From: a virus
Direction: 5' to 3' (one strand)
DNA: 64,000 bases
Virus record (IMG/VR): IMGVR_UViG_3300010396_000042
Location: 33,299-97,298 of that record
Positions 58,389-64,000 of this stretch are shown here, in pieces (within the stretch, counting starts at the first letter, position 1; every line of letters begins with the position of its first letter). Under the pieces are notes generated by a model, which was not told the origin of the DNA, did not search any database, and was given only the letters and a program-made list of their open reading frames with translations. A program made the position numbers and the translations under genes.

Positions 58389-58445
58389 CCCATGCGCGAT
58401 GCGGCAGGCGGCATCCGCACCGTACGAGCGCCGGGAGGTGCAGCG

Positions 58446-59024
58446 ATGGCCGACCTTCCACAGCTCGGCGACTTCTTCGTCACCGCGACCCGCGGCCCGC
58501 TGCTGGACCGCACCGCCGCGAAGATCATCGACTGGGCTACCGCGACCCGCGACGGTGAAGGCAACTGGCTCAAAGCCAAGGTCAACCACGCCGGGTTGTA
58601 CGTCGGCCCGACCCGCCAGTTCCCCGAGGGCGCGATCCTCGAAGCGTTACGCCGGGTGCGCTACAGCAGCATCCTGTCCTACCCCGGCGCGATCTGGTCC
58701 ACCGGCAGGCTCCCCGCAGACCTGACCCCGACGCCGCTTCAGCGCCGCCGGATCGTCGACTATGCCGAGAGCCGCATCGGCGACAAGTACAACATCCTCG
58801 ACCTGCTCGCCGTGGGCCTGGCGCAGGAGCGCATGGGCCATCACGTCGACGGCGACGAATGGTGGGTCAAACGCCTCTCGGACGATCACCGGGAGATCTG
58901 CTCACAGCTGGTCGATGCCGCATGGCAGTACGCCGGCATCCACTTCTTCCGCGACGGACGGCTGCCTGGGCTTGTCACGCCGAACGACCTGGATGGTCTA
59001 CTGCTGCCCGCACTAGCCGTCTGA
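58446..59024 (+). CDS. Permuted papain-like NlpC/P60 (YiiX/YebB-type) hydrolase
   Basis: NHAGLY..EA..Y..ICSQLVDAAW..AG..TP.DL; GGGAGG RBS. Confidence 0.75.
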   Translation: MADLPQLGDFFVTATRGPLLDRTAAKIIDWATATRDGEGNWLKAKVNHAGLYVGPTRQFPEGAILEALRRVRYSSILSYPGAIWSTGRLPADLTPTPLQRRRIVDYAESRIGDKYNILDLLAVGLAQERMGHHVDGDEWWVKRLSDDHREICSQLVDAAWQYAGIHFFRDGRLPGLVTPNDLDGLLLPALAV

Positions 59025-59076
59025 GCCACGCCGCGCACGCAGATCAGCGCATAGCCGCGACCGAGGAGGCCGCAGC

Positions 59077-61308
59077 GTGGCGCAGATCGTCAACCAGACC
59101 CCCTGGTCGCTCGGCGCATCGGGCACAGTCACGATCCCGCAGCCAGCCGCAGGAAACACACTGATCTGCGTGAGTTACGGCTTCGCTACCGTGACCTGCA
59201 AATTCGGCGCCACGGCATGGACGAAGCGCGCCGCGTCGCTGTCCACGATGGAAGTCGCCTGCCAGGACTACGCGGCCACCGGCAGCGGCGAAACCAGCGT
59301 CACCGTCACCCTCAACGGGTCACAGCCCGTCAGGGGCTTCATCTACGAGTTCCACAACCTCGGAAGCTTCGTCAACAGCGCCGTGTCGAACTCGCTGACC
59401 CTCGCCAACCACATCGCGACCCTCGGCGGCGTCACCACCACCGGCAACACCCTGATGGTCTCCGCGTTCGCCTACTCCACGGTCACGCACACCACCGCGC
59501 AGGACCGCATGTGGGGCATCGCCCCACTGGGCTGGGTCTACGAGAACGGATACTGGTCCTCGAAATGGTGGGGCCAGGTCGCCCTCAGCGACATCTCCGG
59601 CTCAGGCACCTACGCCGCCTCATCTGGCAATCTGAGCGCGGCGACCCTGCAAGCCGGGTCCTGGTACTACACCGACACCTCCGGCGTTGCCACCAACCCC
59701 AGCTACGCGAACGCGACGGTCGCCGAGAACTCGATCACCGGCACCCACGAGTCCCAGTGGTTCGGCGTCGGCGCCAACGCCAACATCGCCGGCTACTGCG
59801 ACGCGATGTCCTACGCGCCCGGATCGACCGTCAACATGCAGGTCGACTCGAACTCCGCAGGCTTCACCGCCACGATCTTCAGGCTCGGCCAGTACGGCTA
59901 CGCGCCCTTCGGCGCCCGCCAGGTCGCTCAGGTCACTGGCACACCGGCCGCACAGAGCGCCCCGACCGTCGACAGCCTCGGCGCGACCGTGTGCTCCTGG
60001 TCGACCACCGCGTCCTGGACGATCCCCTCGACCGCGCAACCGGGCATCTACCTCGTGCTGTGGCGACGCACCGACAACTCCGCGTTCGTCGCTCAGGGCC
60101 TGTTCGTCGTCCGATCGCCCTCGAATTCAACCGCCGCAGTCGCCGTCATCACCGCCGACCAGACGTGGCAGGCCTACAACGCCTGGGGCGCGACGACGGA
60201 CGCTGCATCGACCTATTCGGGCAAGAACCTGTACGGCGGCAACAACGACGGCATCATCACGCACCGCAGCAGCGCCGTTTCCTACAACCGCCCGCTGGCG
60301 ACCCAGTCGAGCGATGCGATCACCTCGATCTGGGACAGCGAATTCGCGCTGATCAACTTCCTTGAGGCAAACGGATACGACACCGCGTACTACGCGATGT
60401 CAGACCTCGAAGGCAACACGAACATCCTCAAGGGCCACCGCATCGTCATCATCAACGGCCACTCCGAGTACTGGACGTTGAACCAGAGACAGGCCATCGA
60501 GAACGCGCTGCTCAGCGGCGTCAACCTCGCGAGTTTCAGCAGCAACACCATGCTCTGGCGCACCCGCTACGCGACGGCTGATAGCTCGTATCGCTACATG
60601 ATCTGCTACAAGGACACGGTCTCCGGCGCGAGCATCGACCCGGGCGGCTACACCGGCACCTGGCGCGACACCGGCGCGTACAACCCGCTGGTCTGGCCCG
60701 AGGAAAAGCAGCTGGGCCAGCAGTTCCTCGCCTCCGCGAACAACAGCGGTTCCACGACGTGGAGCTCCGCGTACGCCGCCCTGCCGTGCTACCGCAACAC
60801 CGCGAACATCGCCGGATTGACCGGCGCGAGCACATACACGGCGTCCGTAGCGACACTCGGCGAGGAACTCGACTACGTCGCCACCGGCAGCTCCGCGACA
60901 CCCACGAACCTGGTCAGCCTCAACAGCCAGTCGTACAACGCGGTGAACGTCACCTCCGCTGTCGGCTACCCCTACAGCGGCTCCGGCACATACAACATCG
61001 GCCCGACCCTGTACATGCGCTCCAACGGCGCCTTGGCGTTCTGCGCCGGCACCTGGCGCCTCGCCTGCGCCGCAAGCCCATACCGACTCTCAACCTTCGC
61101 CGGCGGCGGCTCGGTCGACACCAACGTGCAGCAGATGATCGTCAACATCCTCGCCGACCTCGGCGCCCAGCCCGGGTCGCTGCTCGACGCCGCACACAAC
61201 GGCACCGCAAGCGGCCTAGTCGCTCCCGGCGCCGCGCGCAACCCCTCCGCCTACGGACTCGGCGTGTACGTCGCCTGCGAAGCCACCCAGCTCGGCGGCT
61301 TCTACTAA
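59077..61308 (+). CDS. Large virion-type protein with N,N-dimethylformamidase-beta-like (DUF6605) domain
   Basis: TWQAYNAWG..NLY..VSYNRP..FLEANGYD..GHSEYW..GVNL..F..N..W..R. Confidence 0.75.
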   Translation: MAQIVNQTPWSLGASGTVTIPQPAAGNTLICVSYGFATVTCKFGATAWTKRAASLSTMEVACQDYAATGSGETSVTVTLNGSQPVRGFIYEFHNLGSFVNSAVSNSLTLANHIATLGGVTTTGNTLMVSAFAYSTVTHTTAQDRMWGIAPLGWVYENGYWSSKWWGQVALSDISGSGTYAASSGNLSAATLQAGSWYYTDTSGVATNPSYANATVAENSITGTHESQWFGVGANANIAGYCDAMSYAPGSTVNMQVDSNSAGFTATIFRLGQYGYAPFGARQVAQVTGTPAAQSAPTVDSLGATVCSWSTTASWTIPSTAQPGIYLVLWRRTDNSAFVAQGLFVVRSPSNSTAAVAVITADQTWQAYNAWGATTDAASTYSGKNLYGGNNDGIITHRSSAVSYNRPLATQSSDAITSIWDSEFALINFLEANGYDTAYYAMSDLEGNTNILKGHRIVIINGHSEYWTLNQRQAIENALLSGVNLASFSSNTMLWRTRYATADSSYRYMICYKDTVSGASIDPGGYTGTWRDTGAYNPLVWPEEKQLGQQFLASANNSGSTTWSSAYAALPCYRNTANIAGLTGASTYTASVATLGEELDYVATGSSATPTNLVSLNSQSYNAVNVTSAVGYPYSGSGTYNIGPTLYMRSNGALAFCAGTWRLACAASPYRLSTFAGGGSVDTNVQQMIVNILADLGAQPGSLLDAAHNGTASGLVAPGAARNPSAYGLGVYVACEATQLGGFY

Positions 61309-61351
61309 CCGCCGCCGCGGCGGCCAACTCCCTCGAGAGGACGGTGCCGCC

Positions 61352-61852
61352 GTGGCCCGGTACGTCACAACCGTCGAATCCGCCGCCGCCCTGCCCGCTT
61401 CGGCGCCCACCGGCAGCACCGCCAACCAGCTGTTCGCGAACCTGTGCGCCTCCGCGAGCTCCGGATACAAGCCGCGCCGCATCACCGTCGGCGTCCGCGC
61501 CGGAGCGAGCGCACCCACCAGCCAACAGCTGACCATCGGGGCCGTGCGCACCACCGCCCGCGGCACAGCGACCACCACTAACACTCCGCAGCCACTGGAC
61601 CCGAACGGCCCGGCCTCCGCGATCACCGGCCTCGACGTCGCGTGGAGCGCCGTGCCGACCGTCGCTTCATGGGCCGCTCCCTACCTGCTGGAGTGGTCGT
61701 TCAACTCGCAAAGCGGCCTCGACCTGCCCTACGAACTACTCGAAGAGCTCTTCGTCACCAAGGGAGCCGGAAACGGGCTCGCATTCATCAACATCGGCAA
61801 CCAGATGCCCGCGAACCACCTCTACACGGTGACATTCGAGCACGAAGAATGA
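61352..61852 (+). CDS. Putative virion structural protein
   Basis: Beta-rich composition, ends FEHEE; GAGAGGA upstream. Confidence 0.6.
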   Translation: MARYVTTVESAAALPASAPTGSTANQLFANLCASASSGYKPRRITVGVRAGASAPTSQQLTIGAVRTTARGTATTTNTPQPLDPNGPASAITGLDVAWSAVPTVASWAAPYLLEWSFNSQSGLDLPYELLEELFVTKGAGNGLAFINIGNQMPANHLYTVTFEHEE

Positions 61853-61908
61853 TCATCGGCGCGTCCCTACCTCTGGCAGGCACTTTTCCCCGCCATTAGG
61901 AGGCCGCG

Positions 61909-62304
61909 ATGTCCAGGCGGTGGCGCGGCGTCCGCGTACGACGCGCAAAGTACTTCGATCCGCCGTTTTCCGCTCCGCTCGTGCCTCCGCAGACCCTGCG
62001 GCCCGCAAGGATGGTCCCCAAGGCCCTCCCGAGGCCTCGCAACGTCCGTTTTTCGCCGATTCCGCCCGCCGCGACGCTCCCAGCCCTTCCCGCGCCGGTT
62101 TTGCGACCCAGAACCCGCAAAACGGCCCTTCGGCCGGCTCGCGGACGGTTTTTCGCCGTTCCCGCGCCCGCGCAGGCCGCCCAAAGCGGCCAGACCGCGA
62201 TTTTCGAGCCCGGAAGCGCGTTCACACGCTGGAACGTCGCCGAACCGCTCGATCGGTGGGAAACCGGCGAGCCGATCTCACGGTGGAGGGTGGAAACGCC
62301 GTGA
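61909..62304 (+). CDS. Pro/Arg-rich hypothetical protein
   Basis: AGGAGG RBS; GTGA overlap with the next gene. Confidence 0.5.
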   Translation: MSRRWRGVRVRRAKYFDPPFSAPLVPPQTLRPARMVPKALPRPRNVRFSPIPPAATLPALPAPVLRPRTRKTALRPARGRFFAVPAPAQAAQSGQTAIFEPGSAFTRWNVAEPLDRWETGEPISRWRVETP

Positions 62305-62642
62305 ACCAGACCGAGCTGCCTCAGATCAGCCTCTCGAGCCTGTCCACCGACTACATCTCGATCCCGGTGACCGCCACAGGCAACAACGGCCTCGCCGTCA
62401 ACCCCACCAGCGACCCTGTGGCCTTCGCATTCAAGGCAGTCGGCGTCAATCCCGCCTCCGGCGACTGGGCGAGCGGATCCTGGGATACCTACCTGCCATT
62501 CGGCTCGAAATACGTCGCCAAGGTCCTCATCGGCCCGGCCGCGAGCGTGAATCCCGGCGTCGGCGTCTGGATCGCCTGGATGAAGATCACCGACAACCCG
62601 GAAGTGCCCGTGCGCCAGGTCGCCGAGCTCACCATCACCTAG
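62301..62642 (+). CDS. Putative structural/baseplate-adaptor-like protein
   Basis: NPTSDPVAFAF..DW..GSW..LIGP..W.KITDNPEVPV. Confidence 0.65.
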   Translation: MNQTELPQISLSSLSTDYISIPVTATGNNGLAVNPTSDPVAFAFKAVGVNPASGDWASGSWDTYLPFGSKYVAKVLIGPAASVNPGVGVWIAWMKITDNPEVPVRQVAELTIT

Positions 62643-62658
62643 CGAGAGCGAGGCGACG

Positions 62659-63492
62659 GTGACCATCCGACTGCAGCCCTACCGCTACGCCAAGCCCCAC
62701 GACCCGGCCGCCTGCCCCGCCTGCGCACCCACCTCGCCCGGGCACTTCCTGTGCCAGCATCCCGGCTGCGACCAGCTCGCCGCCACGCACGTCCAGCGGC
62801 ACGCCACGGCTGAGGAATACGACGCGCTACCCGAACGGCACAAGCCGATCGACGGCATCGCGCACCAGGCCGTCTACGCCTGCGACGAGCACGGAGAAGG
62901 TCTCGAGCCGTTCTGCGAGCACACACCGCCCGATCCTGTGCCGTGCCCGAAGTGCGACGCCACCGGCGCCGATCCATGCGTCAAGAAGAACGGCAAAGCC
63001 AGGGGCGGCCACCACCGCGTGCGCACCGAGGTGCAAACCGCGAACACAGACGTGTGCCGGCACGCACACCGTGAGGACTGCTCGATCTTCACCGGATGCG
63101 AGTGCTCCCAGGACGATCCGCTACCCGAGCGGCCCAAGCGCGTGATCCCGCCGGCGCAGCCGCCCGGACCCGCGCCCGTGCTGCTGCCCATCCACGGCGA
63201 GCTGCGCGCGCTGCTTGAGCACCACGGCGTCGACGTCGACCGGATCCTGCGCACCGAGCTGATCCCCAACGGCGACGGCACCAGCACCGTGAACCTCACG
63301 ATCACCATGGTGGTGCGCCAGCCCAACGGCGATCTGTCCTACGACGAGCACGGCTACCCGCGCACCGAGGTCACCGTCATCGAGCTGAGCATCCCGCGCG
63401 CCACCGACCCGGTCACGCCCGGGCTGCTGCACCGTCCCACGTACGCGCTACCTGCAGGAAATGACCGCAATGCCGCGCCGCCCTTGTCTTGA
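62659..63492 (+). CDS. Cys/His-rich hypothetical protein
   Basis: Many CxxC/H motifs. Confidence 0.6.
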   Translation: MTIRLQPYRYAKPHDPAACPACAPTSPGHFLCQHPGCDQLAATHVQRHATAEEYDALPERHKPIDGIAHQAVYACDEHGEGLEPFCEHTPPDPVPCPKCDATGADPCVKKNGKARGGHHRVRTEVQTANTDVCRHAHREDCSIFTGCECSQDDPLPERPKRVIPPAQPPGPAPVLLPIHGELRALLEHHGVDVDRILRTELIPNGDGTSTVNLTITMVVRQPNGDLSYDEHGYPRTEVTVIELSIPRATDPVTPGLLHRPTYALPAGNDRNAAPPLS

Positions 63493-63838
63493 TTGCGGCG
63501 CATTGCACCGCAATTCCTCGCGCTGCGATTCCTGTCAGGCCCGATGGGACAACGCCCACGAGCAGCGGCGCGGCTCGGCCACCGCCCGCGGTTACGGCTA
63601 CAGCTGGCAGCAGACCAGCAAGCAGGTGCTGGCCGAGCACCAGCGCAACTGTCCGGACCTGTGCCCAGGCTGGCGAAGGCCGGCCCACTACTCCGACGAC
63701 CTGACCGTCGACCACATCATCCCTAAGGCCAAGGGCGGCACGGACGCCCGGGAGAACCTGCAGGTGCTGTGCCGCCCGTGCAACGCGGCCAAGGCAGCGG
63801 ACCTCGCCGAGGACCAGCCACCGCAAACCCGCAGGTAG
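63470..63838 (+). CDS. HNH endonuclease (terminase-associated type)
   Basis: PCLDCG..RRGSATARGYG..W..TVDHIIP..GGT..NLQVLCRPCN. Confidence 0.88.
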   Translation: MPRRPCLDCGALHRNSSRCDSCQARWDNAHEQRRGSATARGYGYSWQQTSKQVLAEHQRNCPDLCPGWRRPAHYSDDLTVDHIIPKAKGGTDARENLQVLCRPCNAAKAADLAEDQPPQTRR

Positions 63839-64000
63839 AAGGCCCAAACTTTTTCGGCAAGCGAAGCCAGGCGCTGCGAGACCGTCGAAATATTTGATCG
63901 AGTGCGCATCACCCCAGGTCAGAGCCTTGCGTCTGCGCATATCAGGGTGCGTAGCCGCATACCGGGGTATGTCATTCTCCGTATACACTTGGACATGGAC

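Larger units (their letters stand above)
1..64000. mobile_element. Actinobacterial temperate phage / phage-plasmid region (both ends lie outside the window)
   Basis: Dense small co-oriented ORFs with 4-nt overlaps; phage-type replication initiator, VRR-NUC, WhiB, endonuclease VII, tailspike-like gene, HNH, tRNAs; no housekeeping operons. Confidence 0.88.

Noticed and set aside
118-58589. Long antisense or alternate-frame ORFs (e.g. 118..1467-, 42759..44351-, 55065..56762-, 56841..58589-)
   Set aside because: Shadow ORFs typical of high-GC DNA, lying opposite well-supported genes and giving Arg/Gly/Pro-rich nonsense translations
55623-61308. Diversity-generating retroelement acting on tail genes
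   Set aside because: No reverse transcriptase and no near-identical TR/VR pair differing at adenines

Overview
High-GC actinobacterial temperate phage or phage-plasmid segment, probably from a filamentous actinomycete host (inference). Genes are densely packed, mostly on the + strand, and often coupled by ATGA/GTGA/TGATG overlaps. In order, the window holds: (1) an early/replication region with an RNAP alphaCTD-like protein, a WhiH/GntR-like HTH, SNF2 helicase plus DNA methyltransferase, VRR-NUC, an HTH replication initiator carrying an internal origin of 7 iterons and 3 DnaA boxes, and a WhiB-LuxR-LuxR fusion; (2) an RHH repressor/operator switch in front of a tRNA-Ile(UAU); (3) accessory genes including a hyaluronan-synthase-like GT2 flanked by two Lsr2-domain proteins; (4) a tandem array of five Y-RNA-like (YrlA-like) ncRNAs, each with a conserved closing helix and a different tRNA-like insert (one has none), directly upstream of a Ro60/TROVE gene and an endonuclease VII; (5) an RlaP-like nucleotidyltransferase, a PNK-type phosphatase and a cold-shock protein; (6) a short leftward operon with a BldC-like HTH; (7) a Streptomyces-type conjugation module (DUF2637, CAGAGC repeat field, TraB/FtsK); (8) a tyrosine recombinase, two tRNA-Glu genes and a structured intergenic segment; (9) virion/tail-type genes ending in a terminase-associated-type HNH. 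The five-unit Y RNA array with Ro60 is the most striking element. All protein calls come from motif recognition by eye; no database searches were run.
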